A stretch of 64,000 nt of DNA, taken from NCBI GenBank assembly GCA_016197005.1, contig JACPWO010000001.1:346544-410543 (forward strand). Reading direction: 5' to 3'. This DNA comes from Candidatus Anderseniibacteriota bacterium. GTDB lineage: Bacteria > Patescibacteriota > Andersenbacteria > UBA10190. The stretch's first letter is position 1. Each line of letters begins with the position of its first letter. Both the position numbers and the translations under genes were made by a program. Below, in pieces: positions 17,632 through 27,097 of this stretch. The notes beneath the pieces are model-generated. The model saw only the letters and a program-made list of their open reading frames with translations. It was not told the origin of the DNA and made no database searches.

Positions 17632-17964
17632 TCATCCCGACTCCATGATCACAATGGCAACGATGGCCAAAATGATACCCGCCCACTTCTGAGCAGAAAT
17701 ATCCTCATGGAAGACAAGGTTGCTCACCGCAATAATGAAAATGCAGTTTGAGACTAAGAAAAGAATCACGCAGTGAGCCAGGGGACCCTTTTTTAACATG
17801 AGTAGAAAAAGGGTGAGGGCAACGATCCAAGACAGATAGCCGCCTCCGATCCACCACCACCTTCCTCCATGTTTCGCCCACTGATTCAGGAATGCATCAC
17901 CGATGCCTCCAATCAGCCCCGCCGAGATTGCCAGAAGGTAGAAAGCCCATCGGGGCATATCCAT
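17632..17964 (-). CDS. Small 4-TM membrane protein, SMR/EamA-like (DMT superfamily)
   Basis: 110 aa with four hydrophobic helices. Pattern resembles EmrE/ArnE-like small transporters. Confidence 0.5.
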   Translation of the reverse strand: MDMPRWAFYLLAISAGLIGGIGDAFLNQWAKHGGRWWWIGGGYLSWIVALTLFLLMLKKGPLAHCVILFLVSNCIFIIAVSNLVFHEDISAQKWAGIILAIVAIVIMESG

Positions 17965-18070
17965 GATAAATCTCCTCTGTTGGTGCCAAAGTAAAGGAAC
18001 GAACTGACTGCGTATAATACAGCAATATCATTTCCGTGTCAAATTTTGCTGGAAATTCTATCTGAAAAAA

Positions 18071-18430
18071 CTATCCACGATTTATAACTGTTGATTTAGC
18101 ATCCTGCGCTTGAAAATAAGCCTTGGAAAATTCTTCCGCTTTTTTAGCGTCGAAATCCTTACAGCTGAATATATCAATAAAAGCCCTGTTGCCTACCTCA
18201 TCTAAATGAACCGAAATAGAGGAGGTTTCAATAAATTGCATGGCTGAATATCCCTCAAGCTCTCCTTGACCAAATCTCTGCACATAGCATTCTCCTTGAG
18301 CAACCATATCAACTATGACAACAAGTTCGCTCACGAATTGTTTTAGCCCTTCAGAACTAATTAATTTATCATGCTCGCACCCGGCCAGATCAATGGCCAG
18401 GGACTTACCCCATGGCTTAGTTTTATCCAT
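18071..18430 (-). CDS. AdoMetDC-family (PF02675-like) pyruvoyl enzyme paralog, divergent active-site motif
   Basis: LAIDLAGCEHDKL...GYSAMQFIETSSISVHLDE...AFIDIFSCKDFD is collinear with SpeH (GRHVIAEFYGC...VTAVVLLAESHISIHTWPE...AAVDVFTCGD). ESH is replaced by ETS, and HTWPE by HLDE. Confidence 0.55.
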   Translation of the reverse strand: MDKTKPWGKSLAIDLAGCEHDKLISSEGLKQFVSELVVIVDMVAQGECYVQRFGQGELEGYSAMQFIETSSISVHLDEVGNRAFIDIFSCKDFDAKKAEEFSKAYFQAQDAKSTVINRG

Positions 18431-18479
18431 GTTTCTATTATACTAAAAGACTGGTTTAAAAACACGAGCAGTGAGCTTT

Positions 18480-18698
18480 TTACCGAAACACTTTAAATAT
18501 CTCAGCCAGCGATACATTAAGCGCTCGGGCAATCTTTTGGATATTTACAATCGATACGTTCTGCTCGCCCCGCTCGATTGATCCAATGTAGGTGCGATGA
18601 AGTTTTGACTTCATGCCCAAGCCCTCTTGCGATAGCCCCTGCTGTTCTCGTAGGTCGCGAATGCGCTGACCAAAGTAGTATCGAATATCCCTAGCCAT
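18480..18698 (-). CDS. XRE-family HTH transcriptional regulator
   Basis: LSQEGLGMKSKLHRTYIGSIERGEQNVSIVNIQKIARAL is a canonical HTH_3 motif. 72 aa. Confidence 0.75.
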   Translation of the reverse strand: MARDIRYYFGQRIRDLREQQGLSQEGLGMKSKLHRTYIGSIERGEQNVSIVNIQKIARALNVSLAEIFKVFR

Positions 18699-18716
18699 GC
18701 CCTAAATGCTGGCCGG

Positions 18717-18737
18717 CTGTAGTCAATAGTTCTACAG
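18717..18737. promoter_or_regulatory. Palindromic candidate operator CTGTAG-N9-CTACAG in the divergent promoter region
   Basis: ggCTGTAGtcaatagttCTACAGtcaataac has inverted hexamers with an internal TCAATA direct repeat. It lies between the start of the minus-strand XRE gene (18698) and the plus-strand gene at 18820. Confidence 0.3.
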
Positions 18738-18819
18738 TCAATAACTAGCGTTTTTACAGGGAAGCTGATACTGTGAGCTTACAAAAACGAGTTACCAACA
18801 GCTTCATTGAAGCACAACA

Positions 18820-19488
18820 GTGGGCTCAACCCGTCAAATAAAAGTGCTTAACCTTAATAATAATCATATGAACGAGAACAACGCTCAAAACCAACAACGC
18901 AAAAACTGGTTCGCCCGGCACAAAATTATGACGGGTATTATGGTAGTGATTATCTTCCTCATCGTGCTTGGCATGATTGGCGGTAGCGGTGATCAGTCAG
19001 GCAGCTCGACCTCTACTCAAAAGACAAGTTCGGGTGGTAGTGAGGCAGAGACAACCACCGCGACTGCTCCTGCGGCAACCGTGGCTAAGATCGGTGAGCC
19101 GGTGACTGATGGTGACCTGACCTTCACCGTCACGGGTGTCACCACGAAGCAAACTCTTGGCAACACATTCACCCAGCGTGATGCCCAAGGCACCTTCCAT
19201 GTAGTGATGCTCAAGATCGAGAACAAGGGCAAGGAAACAAAAACAACTGATAGCTCAATGTTCAAAATCGTGGACAGCCAAGGTAGAGAATTTGAACGGT
19301 CTATCGACGGGCAAACGGCTGTCGGGTTATCACAAGGAAAAGTTGATCTCTTCCTGCAGCAGATTCAGCCAGGACTCTCGGTCACCGGAGATATTGTCTT
19401 CGACCTCCCTGCCGATGCGACCGGTACACAGTTAATAGTCAAAGGCAGTCTCTTCAGCAAGGGAGCCAAGATTCTGCTGGAGCAATAG
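18820..19488 (+). CDS. DUF4352 domain protein, N-terminal TM anchor
   Basis: TM helix IMTGIMVVIIFLIVLGMIG, a Ser/Thr-rich linker, then LTFTVTGVTT...FHVVMLKIENKGKE...FKIVDSQGREFE...GDIVFDLP, typical of DUF4352. The true start is possibly the internal MNENNAQ. Confidence 0.6.
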   Translation: MGSTRQIKVLNLNNNHMNENNAQNQQRKNWFARHKIMTGIMVVIIFLIVLGMIGGSGDQSGSSTSTQKTSSGGSEAETTTATAPAATVAKIGEPVTDGDLTFTVTGVTTKQTLGNTFTQRDAQGTFHVVMLKIENKGKETKTTDSSMFKIVDSQGREFERSIDGQTAVGLSQGKVDLFLQQIQPGLSVTGDIVFDLPADATGTQLIVKGSLFSKGAKILLEQ

Positions 19489-19574
19489 GCTTGCTGAATC
19501 TTGGAGTTAAAATCCGCCTATGCCCGGGAGGGTACAGGTGGATTTGGGTGTGCCCAACGAAAGCGTTACTATGA

Positions 19575-20687
19575 GTGCATATGCCCGTCTTAAAAGAAAC
19601 AAAACGAAGCATGAAGAACACACCAAAGCGGTGGGCTGCCTCTGGGAATCAGAGATACTTGAGTGATCAGCAAAAAGAAGCATTGGGGCATGCAGTAAAT
19701 TTTCAGAACAAACTCTCCAGCATCTCAAACGCAGCTAATGTGTCCCTTACCAAACGGCAGGTTGATGTGGTTGTCCAAAGCCCAGCCTTACAAGTCGCTG
19801 TGCAGGTACAGGAAAATATCATTTCGATCCAGGATACGCATGATGCACTACTTGGTGGTTTTAGAGCTGTTGTACAAGTCAGCGAAGCTATCGGGCATGT
19901 CTTTAAGGCATACGAGCAGCAATTCAGCGCAATTGCCGAAGTCGCTAATAATATTGGCCGAACAGTAAAAACCGTGGGTGAGTGGCACAGCCAGGTTGTT
20001 GAGCGCGGAAACCTTCTGGGACATCAACTGCAGGTTGTGGGCGAGAATTTTAAATTAATCGCGGAGAGCATCTCCTTACAATCACCTAATACAAATCCCG
20101 AAATATACCCCGTGCGAGCTACATACCGAGAGGCTTCGGTCTCCGTTTGCCTCGAGCGGGACCAAGTGGAAGAAATAGCTGAACTCGCTGCACACTTGGT
20201 CTTAGGAAAACTGGAGGAGAAGCTTTTGTTATCCCTTAAGCCATTATCTGACCAGCCATCAATCGCGCCTGCGCTTGAAATAACAGCCCCATCACTAACG
20301 AGCACCGCCCTAACAGAAAAAAAGGGGGTTCAGTGGGGAGGGATTCTTATTGATCTTGACCATGCCACGTTGCAGTACAAAGAAAATCCCGCCATTGAAA
20401 TTGTGCCAAAAAATGCGGAAATAAAATGGCTGCTTTGTGTTCTTCGCAAAGAAGGAGAAGTGGCCGAGCATACTGAGATCGCCGTGGCCACCGGCATCAT
20501 TACTGATCAGCAGTCAGATAAAACCAATCAGGCCGTGGCACGACGAGTCCAGTTTATTAGAAAACGTGTTGTCCTTGTTTTAAAAAGTGCTGGTATGACA
20601 CCGGCAGAGATCAAGCAAATGCTCCTTTCTAAGCCTGGAATTGGCTATGCAGCAAGGAGTATTAATAATCACACCCATGCCGCATAA
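19575..20687 (+). CDS. Hypothetical protein (370 aa), GC-rich, island-encoded
   Basis: Long ORF with GC content matching the island. No recognisable motifs. It is followed by a strong rho-independent terminator. Confidence 0.4.
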   Translation: MHMPVLKETKRSMKNTPKRWAASGNQRYLSDQQKEALGHAVNFQNKLSSISNAANVSLTKRQVDVVVQSPALQVAVQVQENIISIQDTHDALLGGFRAVVQVSEAIGHVFKAYEQQFSAIAEVANNIGRTVKTVGEWHSQVVERGNLLGHQLQVVGENFKLIAESISLQSPNTNPEIYPVRATYREASVSVCLERDQVEEIAELAAHLVLGKLEEKLLLSLKPLSDQPSIAPALEITAPSLTSTALTEKKGVQWGGILIDLDHATLQYKENPAIEIVPKNAEIKWLLCVLRKEGEVAEHTEIAVATGIITDQQSDKTNQAVARRVQFIRKRVVLVLKSAGMTPAEIKQMLLSKPGIGYAARSINNHTHAA

Positions 20688-20715
20688 ATAGCCACACATA
20701 CGCCGTCGATCCCCT

Positions 20716-20752
20716 AAAACTGCTCCTCCATACTAGGAGCAGTTTTATTTTT
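20716..20752 (+). terminator. Rho-independent terminator
   Basis: aaaactgctcct-ccatact-aggagcagtttt followed by atttttaa: a 12-bp stem and 7-nt loop with a T-tract. Confidence 0.5.
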
Positions 20753-20764
20753 AATTACAAACCT

Positions 20765-22069
20765 ATGTCTAAAAAACGAAAGGCAGCAAAAAAGAAAAAC
20801 AAAAAGTTACAGGTGGTCTATGTTCCGATCGAGGAATTAAGGCCCGCCGACTATAACCCACGCAGGTGGGATGATGCGGCGATTGCGCAGCTACAAGAAA
20901 GCATTAAACGGTTTGGGGTGGTCGACCCCATAATCGTTAACTGCGCTCCCAACCGTCGCAATGTGGTAATCGGAGGCCACTTTAGGCTCAAGGTTGCTAA
21001 GGATCTTGGTATGACCGAGATCCCAGTGGTGTATGTCTACATTGCAAATATCGACATCGAAAAAGAGCTCAACCTGAGGTTAAACCGCAACACCGGCGCG
21101 TGGGATTTTAAACTACTCAAAAACTTTACCCTGGAGACTTTGCTCAATGTCGGCTTTGATGATACCGACCTCTCAAACATTTGGGACGATGTGTTGCAAA
21201 CCGAAGACGACGACTTCGATGTCGATAAGGCAGTCGCGGAAATTAAGACGCCCAAGACCAAACCGGGTGACATCTATCAAGTGGGCTCGCACACGGTAGG
21301 CTGTGGAGATTCTACTGACCCGACTTTCATTAAAAAAGTCATGGGAAAACTACAAGCCAGCATGGTGTACTGTGACCCTCCGTATAACATCGGGTTGGAT
21401 TACAACAATGGCCTCACCACGAAAGGAAAGTACCAGGGCCATAAAACTAAAGATCGTCTCACCAACAGTCAATACGCCACCTTGCTGTCTCAGACTATAG
21501 AAAACGCCTTGGCGGTATCTTACGACAATACACACGTCTTCTATTGGTGTGATGAGTCGTCAATCACCCTGATACAAAGTCTCTTCAATTATCATGACCT
21601 AAAGAATCGGCGGGTGTGTCTGTGGCTCAAGAATAACTTCAACATGACACCCCAGGTCGCCTTCAATAAAGTCTACGAGCCATGCATCTACGCCACCCGG
21701 GGAAAGCCATACCTCGCGCCTACAATCACCAACCTGAACGAGGTCATGAACAAAGAGGTTGGCACTGGCAACCGCCTAACTGATGATATCCTTGACCTCC
21801 TAAATATTTGGTTGGTAAACCGCGTAGCCGCGCAGGAGTACGAGCACCCGACCGAGAAGCCGCCGACCTTACACGAGAAGGCACTGCGCCGGTGCACGAA
21901 GCCTGGGGATGTCGTGCTCGATCTTTTCGGCGGCTCCGGCTCTACCCTCATTGCCTGCGAACAAATGAAACGACGGTGCGTCACGGTCGAACTCGAACCG
22001 GTGTTCTGCGATGTCATCATCAAGCGCTTTGAAGCCTTAACGAAAACCCATGCCAAAAAAATCAATTAA
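20765..22069 (+). CDS. ParB-like nuclease domain fused to a beta-class DNA (N6-adenine / N4-cytosine) methyltransferase
   Basis: N-terminal VVYVPIEELRPADYNPRRW...GVVDPIIVN is a ParB/Srx domain. The catalytic motif IV is VYCDPPYNIG. The AdoMet motif I, DLFGGSGSTLIACEQ, is near the C-terminus (order IV then I = beta class). Confidence 0.8.
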   Translation: MSKKRKAAKKKNKKLQVVYVPIEELRPADYNPRRWDDAAIAQLQESIKRFGVVDPIIVNCAPNRRNVVIGGHFRLKVAKDLGMTEIPVVYVYIANIDIEKELNLRLNRNTGAWDFKLLKNFTLETLLNVGFDDTDLSNIWDDVLQTEDDDFDVDKAVAEIKTPKTKPGDIYQVGSHTVGCGDSTDPTFIKKVMGKLQASMVYCDPPYNIGLDYNNGLTTKGKYQGHKTKDRLTNSQYATLLSQTIENALAVSYDNTHVFYWCDESSITLIQSLFNYHDLKNRRVCLWLKNNFNMTPQVAFNKVYEPCIYATRGKPYLAPTITNLNEVMNKEVGTGNRLTDDILDLLNIWLVNRVAAQEYEHPTEKPPTLHEKALRRCTKPGDVVLDLFGGSGSTLIACEQMKRRCVTVELEPVFCDVIIKRFEALTKTHAKKIN

Positions 22070-22811
22070 ATCTGGGGATGTTTTTCGGTTGGGTGCGCAC
22101 CTGTTGGGATGTGGCGATGCCCAGGATAAGGTCTTTGTAGATAGGCTGCTTGGTAAAGAAAAGATTAGCCTGGTACTTTGTGACCCGCCCTACGGCGTGG
22201 CGTATGTAGAAAATAAAAAAGGGTTTAATCCGAAGGGTAAAGAACACCGCGTCATCGTGAACGACCATGCACAAAGCGAGAGTGACTACCGGCATTTCAC
22301 ATACCAGTGGCTCGAAACAACCAAGACCCACCTTGCCCGCAAGAATTCACTCTACATTTTTAATTCGGACAAGATGCTCTTCGCCCTGCGCGACGGTATG
22401 CAAGATGCCGGAGTAAAGTTCGCGCAGTTATTGGTGTGGATTAAAAACCACGCCGTGGTCGGCCGGATGGACTATCTCCCCCAGCACGAATTGATTGCAT
22501 ATGGCTGGTATGGGACGCACGCTTTCCACAAAGCCAAGGATAAGAGCGTGCTGGTCTATCCGAAACCCAGCAAGAGCACGCTTCACCCGACCATGAAGCC
22601 AGTGGGGTTACTGCGTCGCCTCATTCTGAATAGCTCGAAGATTGGTGACGTAGTATACGACCCCTTTTTGGGATCAGGTAGCACGCTCCTGGCCTGTGAA
22701 CAGACGAAACGCGTCTGCTTTGGAATCGAGCTTGATCCGCACTACTGCCAAACCATCATGGATCGGTTTGAAAAACTCACGGGCATTACGCCCAAGAAAA
22801 TTAATCCTTAA
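22050..22811 (+). CDS. DNA methyltransferase, beta class (DPPY)
   Basis: VLCDPPYGVAY (motif IV) precedes DPFLGSGSTLLACEQ (motif I). It overlaps the upstream MTase by 20 nt. Confidence 0.8.
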   Translation: MPKKSIKSGDVFRLGAHLLGCGDAQDKVFVDRLLGKEKISLVLCDPPYGVAYVENKKGFNPKGKEHRVIVNDHAQSESDYRHFTYQWLETTKTHLARKNSLYIFNSDKMLFALRDGMQDAGVKFAQLLVWIKNHAVVGRMDYLPQHELIAYGWYGTHAFHKAKDKSVLVYPKPSKSTLHPTMKPVGLLRRLILNSSKIGDVVYDPFLGSGSTLLACEQTKRVCFGIELDPHYCQTIMDRFEKLTGITPKKINP

Positions 22812-22820
22812 AGCATCTGT

Positions 22821-23291
22821 ATGGAAAAGGTAGTCAGTAAAAACAAACAGGAGAAGCCGCCGGGCGCGGTCGAAGTCCGGCAGTCGAAACAAAAAGAAAT
22901 GTTCATCGAGCAGCTTAAGAAAACGCCTATCGTTCAGGTAGTGTGTGAGAAAATCGGCATCACTCGCACGACCTACTACCGGTGGCACAAAGCTGATCGG
23001 GAGTTCGCCGAAGCAGCGGACATGGCCTTGGCTGACGGATCGGGGTTGGTCAATGATTTAGCTGAAAGCCAGCTCATGACCGCTATCCGAGACGGCAACC
23101 TAACAGCCATCATTTTCTGGCTCAAGAATCATCACCGAGCGTATGCCAATCGCGTCGAGCTGTCGTTGCAACAACCGGTGAGCGAGCAACTCACGCCCGA
23201 GCAAGAAGCCGTAGTCAAAAAAGCCTTGGCTCTCGCCTCCCTCACGGAGCCGGAGCAAGAATCTAATTCTTCATCACAAAACCATGAGTAA
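22821..23291 (+). CDS. Putative terminase small subunit / HTH DNA-binding protein
   Basis: GITRTTYYRWHKADREF is an HTH. 156 aa. It lies immediately upstream of the large-terminase gene and overlaps it by 8 nt. Confidence 0.5.
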   Translation: MEKVVSKNKQEKPPGAVEVRQSKQKEMFIEQLKKTPIVQVVCEKIGITRTTYYRWHKADREFAEAADMALADGSGLVNDLAESQLMTAIRDGNLTAIIFWLKNHHRAYANRVELSLQQPVSEQLTPEQEAVVKKALALASLTEPEQESNSSSQNHE

Positions 23292-24750
23292 TAACATTTC
23301 AGACCCTGAAGTCATTCAGGAATTAATGAGTGACCGTACGGCTCGCTTGGCGAGTGCGCGGCAAAGTCACTACCTGTTCTTTCATCTCTATGAGGCTCGG
23401 TACGTCAAACACAAGACGGCGGAGTTCCAAAAGAACCTCTTCCGCATTACCGAGGACCAGAGCATCAAGCATGCGGCTATCGTCGCGTTTCGCGGATCAG
23501 CCAAGTCAACCATCATGACCTTATCGTACCCACTGTGGGCCGTGTTAGGAATTCAGCAAAAGAAATTTGTCTTACTGCTGAGCCAAACCCAAAATCAGGC
23601 ACGTTCTATGCTCATGAACCTGAAGCGAGAAATTGAGACCAATGACCTGCTGCGGGCAGACTTTGGTGCCCTCGAGTACCAAACGGACGAGTGGGGTCGC
23701 GATTCATTGGTCATTAAAAAGCACGGGGCTCGGATTATGGCTGCGTCTACAGAGACCAGTATTCGTGGACTGCGTCACGGAGAGCATCGCCCCGACCTTA
23801 TCATTGCCGACGACGTTGAGGATCAGAACTCTGTTAAGACACGCGAGGGACGCAACAAAACGTATAGCTGGCTCATGGGTGAAGTTATTCCGGCTGGCGA
23901 TGAGGGCACCAGGCTCATCGTGATTGGAAACCTACTCCATGAAGACTCCCTCTTAATGCGTCTCAAACATGATATTGCCGAGGAGAATCTCGACGGCATT
24001 TTCTGTTGGTACCCCTTGGTGGATAGCACTGGCAAAAGCCTGTGGTCAGGGAAGTACCCTGACCAGGCCAGTATCGACCGGCTTCATAAGAAGGTACCCA
24101 GCCGCGTTGATTGGGAGCGGGAGTATATGTTGAAAATTATCGCTACCCAAGAACAGGTCGTGCATCCTTCATGGATTCAGCCGTATAAGGAAATTCCAGT
24201 GGATACCCGACATTATCGGTATACCGCCATTGGTGTTGATTTGGCCATCTCCAAAAGTGATACGGCTGATTTTACCGCTATGGTGGCTGCTAAAGTGTAT
24301 GGCTCAGGTGAAGATATGCGGGTGTACATCTTGCCCCATCCGGTCAATGAGCGGCTGACGTTTCCGGAGCAAGTTGATCGTACCCGACTGTATTCGGATA
24401 CACTCGATAAGGCCTGGCTGTTTATTGAAGAGGTGGGCTACCAAAGCGCCTTAATCCAAGAACTCAAACAGCGGGGTTATACAGCCGAAGGAGTCAAGAC
24501 GCATGGGGCAGACAAGCGGTCGCGCTTGGCGATCGTCACCCACCTAATCCAAAACGGCCAGGTGTTATTCCCCGAGCATGGCTGCGAGGCCCTTATTCAA
24601 CAGCTGGTGGGCTTTGGAGTAGAGAGTCACGATGACCTGGCTGATGCCTTCGCGATCTTGATGCTGAAAGTGATGGAGAAAAATAACTTTAGTACCGGCA
24701 TGACTATCATCTGGTCGGGCGGGAGCGACTGGCTGCATCAAAACTTTTAA
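23284..24750 (+). CDS. Phage terminase large subunit (ATPase plus RNaseH-like nuclease)
   Basis: Walker A-like AIVAFRGSAKST and Walker B LIIADDVED. The C-terminal nuclease region has TAIGVDLAISKSD...HDDLADAF acidic residues. Confidence 0.75.
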   Translation: MSNNISDPEVIQELMSDRTARLASARQSHYLFFHLYEARYVKHKTAEFQKNLFRITEDQSIKHAAIVAFRGSAKSTIMTLSYPLWAVLGIQQKKFVLLLSQTQNQARSMLMNLKREIETNDLLRADFGALEYQTDEWGRDSLVIKKHGARIMAASTETSIRGLRHGEHRPDLIIADDVEDQNSVKTREGRNKTYSWLMGEVIPAGDEGTRLIVIGNLLHEDSLLMRLKHDIAEENLDGIFCWYPLVDSTGKSLWSGKYPDQASIDRLHKKVPSRVDWEREYMLKIIATQEQVVHPSWIQPYKEIPVDTRHYRYTAIGVDLAISKSDTADFTAMVAAKVYGSGEDMRVYILPHPVNERLTFPEQVDRTRLYSDTLDKAWLFIEEVGYQSALIQELKQRGYTAEGVKTHGADKRSRLAIVTHLIQNGQVLFPEHGCEALIQQLVGFGVESHDDLADAFAILMLKVMEKNNFSTGMTIIWSGGSDWLHQNF

Positions 24751-24883
24751 CCCCACTCCCTTTCCTTACACTCTGTGGCCTAATATGCGGCTTTGAGTTA
24801 CCTACAGCTTAGGCGACTTACCAACTGGATATGTGCACAAGGCAGCGGCACTGTGTCCTTACTAAGTCATATAACTAAGAGCC

Positions 24884-26164
24884 ATGCCCCCTACTCAATA
24901 TTGCCTCTACGCCCGGAAGTCCTCCGAGGACGATGAACGACAAGCCTTATCCATCGACTCGCAGATCAAAGAAATGGTGGCCGTCGCGCAACGTGAGAAT
25001 ATTGAGATCGCCGAAATTCGCAGAGAAAGTCATTCGGCCAAGGCTTCGGGGCAACGGCCGGTCTTCAATCAACTGCTCGGCGACATACGCGGCGGCATGT
25101 TCAGCGGCATCGTGGCCTGGGCACCTGACAGGTTGAGTAGGAATGCCGGGGATTTAGGAAGCTTGGTTGATCTGATGGATAGCAAGCACCTGGAAGAAAT
25201 TCGCACCCATGGACAAAAGTTCAGCAACTCACCGAATGAAAAGTTCCTGCTGATGATCTTGTGCAGCCAGGCCAAGCTCGAGAATGACAACCGAGGTATC
25301 AATGTTAAGCGAGGCCTCAAAAACAAAGCCGAGATGGGCGTGCGACCGGGAGTGGCACCACTGGGATATCTGAATGAACGGAGTCCCGATCGTAACAAGG
25401 GGAAAATAATTATCGACCCGATGCGAGCAACGATTATCAAGAACATGTTTCAGCATGTATCTGACTACGGAGCTAGCGGTAGGACACTCCTAAAATGGTT
25501 GAATAGCGAGGCTGGGTTTACTACCCGCAGCGGTAAGCGACTGACGCTGGGCGGCGTCTACAGAACATTACACAATGAGTTCTACTACGGCAGATTTGAG
25601 TACGGCGGGAAGTGGTATGACGGCACCCATGAGCCGCTCATAACTAAAGAGCTATTCGACGAGGTTCAGGAGCAACTAAAAACGGCACCTAAATCCCGAC
25701 CCGGCACGAAAGAGTTCGACTTCACCAAAATGATCCTCTGCGGAGGGTGTGGGTATGGCATTACGGCTGAGGAGAAATTTAAAAAGCGCCGGGATGGTTC
25801 GATCAAGAAGTATGTCTACTACCACTGCTCACGGTTCGACTACACGTGCAAGCAACCCTATGTCCGCGAGGACTTACTTCTCTCTCAGCTATTAACCCTG
25901 ATTGATCGGGTAGACTTAAGCCAGGTGGGAATCAAGAAAAAGTTGGAAGCTGAGATAGAGCGGCTACAAAAGTTCAGTGTTGGTATCCTCGGACATCGGC
26001 AATCAATAGTAGCGCCGAAAGTGGATACAAAAACGTATGCGAAATATGTCCTGCAGGAAGGTGGACGAGAAGAAAAACGAGAACTGCTCGGGTGCCTCAA
26101 GAGCAAACTCTATCTCAAAGATGAAATCTTAACCTTGAGTGAATCGGTAACGGAAAAAGTTTAG
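24884..26164 (+). CDS. Large serine recombinase (integrase)
   Basis: N-terminal catalytic region YCLYARKSSEDDERQALSIDSQ (Ser nucleophile). It also has a recombinase domain and a C-terminal Cys cluster CGGCGY...HC. 426 aa. Confidence 0.8.
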   Translation: MPPTQYCLYARKSSEDDERQALSIDSQIKEMVAVAQRENIEIAEIRRESHSAKASGQRPVFNQLLGDIRGGMFSGIVAWAPDRLSRNAGDLGSLVDLMDSKHLEEIRTHGQKFSNSPNEKFLLMILCSQAKLENDNRGINVKRGLKNKAEMGVRPGVAPLGYLNERSPDRNKGKIIIDPMRATIIKNMFQHVSDYGASGRTLLKWLNSEAGFTTRSGKRLTLGGVYRTLHNEFYYGRFEYGGKWYDGTHEPLITKELFDEVQEQLKTAPKSRPGTKEFDFTKMILCGGCGYGITAEEKFKKRRDGSIKKYVYYHCSRFDYTCKQPYVREDLLLSQLLTLIDRVDLSQVGIKKKLEAEIERLQKFSVGILGHRQSIVAPKVDTKTYAKYVLQEGGREEKRELLGCLKSKLYLKDEILTLSESVTEKV

Positions 26165-26185
26165 TCGGAGGTAATAATTTTTACC

Positions 26186-27085
26186 TTATATCTTTACCAA
26201 TTCCTCCCCCTGCACTTTATGCTGGGTGAAAAAGCGAAAGGTATCTGGTGACAGCGAATTAGTGGCTAAAGGATTATGAACTAAAATACAGTCCTCACCT
26301 AAACGCTTGGGGTGACGCAGAACAAACTCTTTAGAATAGATGACGGCACTAATGCCGGCATGAGCTGTATTACCAAAGAAATTCATTGGCACTGATCCGC
26401 CCTGCTTTTTTACTAATGAAATTCTCTGCGAGTAGTGAGAGTAAGGACTTCCAACGGTCTCACCTTTTTCCGGGGAAAAATCCATCGACAATGTGAGATG
26501 TCCTAAGCCAAAAAGACATTTGAATATTAATGGTAAATCCGTATCGGGGTAGTCAAAATTTCCGCGGTTAACCGCGATGATAAAAATGTCTTTCGGAGCA
26601 ACAATCCCTTTACTGAGATATTCCTGATATTTTATGAATTTCTCCTTTAAGGCGGCAGAGAGACGTAAGACCATTTCGTCTTCTGGCACCGAGTGAAGAC
26701 CTTCAGTTTGTACATTGGGCACCCTATCCGGGCCCGTTCCCTGGGCTGGAGCGATACATTCGATCCAGATAGTCTGGCCGTTTTTAAAAATCTTAATGTC
26801 TGGCCCCTTATTGCTCGAAGAAATTTGTATTCCATTGGCAATGAAAACGCAAGCGAGATACATCTCCCAAGTCCGTTGATGAAAATTCTTCTTAACCTGT
26901 CTCAAGAAATGACGATCTGCATAAGGCTCATAAGTTTTGTATAGCTCTTCAAATCGTTGCTTCCGGTCAGGAATTGATCCGCTGGCAATGTAATACTCGT
27001 CGTAAGCTGAATACTGAGCCTTCAAGACATTCAGCTCTTTATCACTTCGTACGGTTGGAAAGTTATCAGTGAACAGGGTCGTCAT
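26186..27085 (-). CDS. Hypothetical protein, island cargo
   Basis: 299-aa ORF with no recognisable motif. It sits between the integrase and the tRNAs. Confidence 0.4.
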   Translation of the reverse strand: MTTLFTDNFPTVRSDKELNVLKAQYSAYDEYYIASGSIPDRKQRFEELYKTYEPYADRHFLRQVKKNFHQRTWEMYLACVFIANGIQISSSNKGPDIKIFKNGQTIWIECIAPAQGTGPDRVPNVQTEGLHSVPEDEMVLRLSAALKEKFIKYQEYLSKGIVAPKDIFIIAVNRGNFDYPDTDLPLIFKCLFGLGHLTLSMDFSPEKGETVGSPYSHYSQRISLVKKQGGSVPMNFFGNTAHAGISAVIYSKEFVLRHPKRLGEDCILVHNPLATNSLSPDTFRFFTQHKVQGEELVKI

Positions 27086-27097
27086 GAGTAGCTCAAA

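Noticed and set aside
21688-22065. 125-aa Arg-rich minus-strand ORF and other ORFs inside the MTase genes (21037..21273, 21350..21535, 21808..22032, 22062..22331, 22674..22988)
   Set aside because: High GC in the island inflates random ORF length. All are antisense or out-of-frame to strongly supported MTase, TerS and TerL genes.
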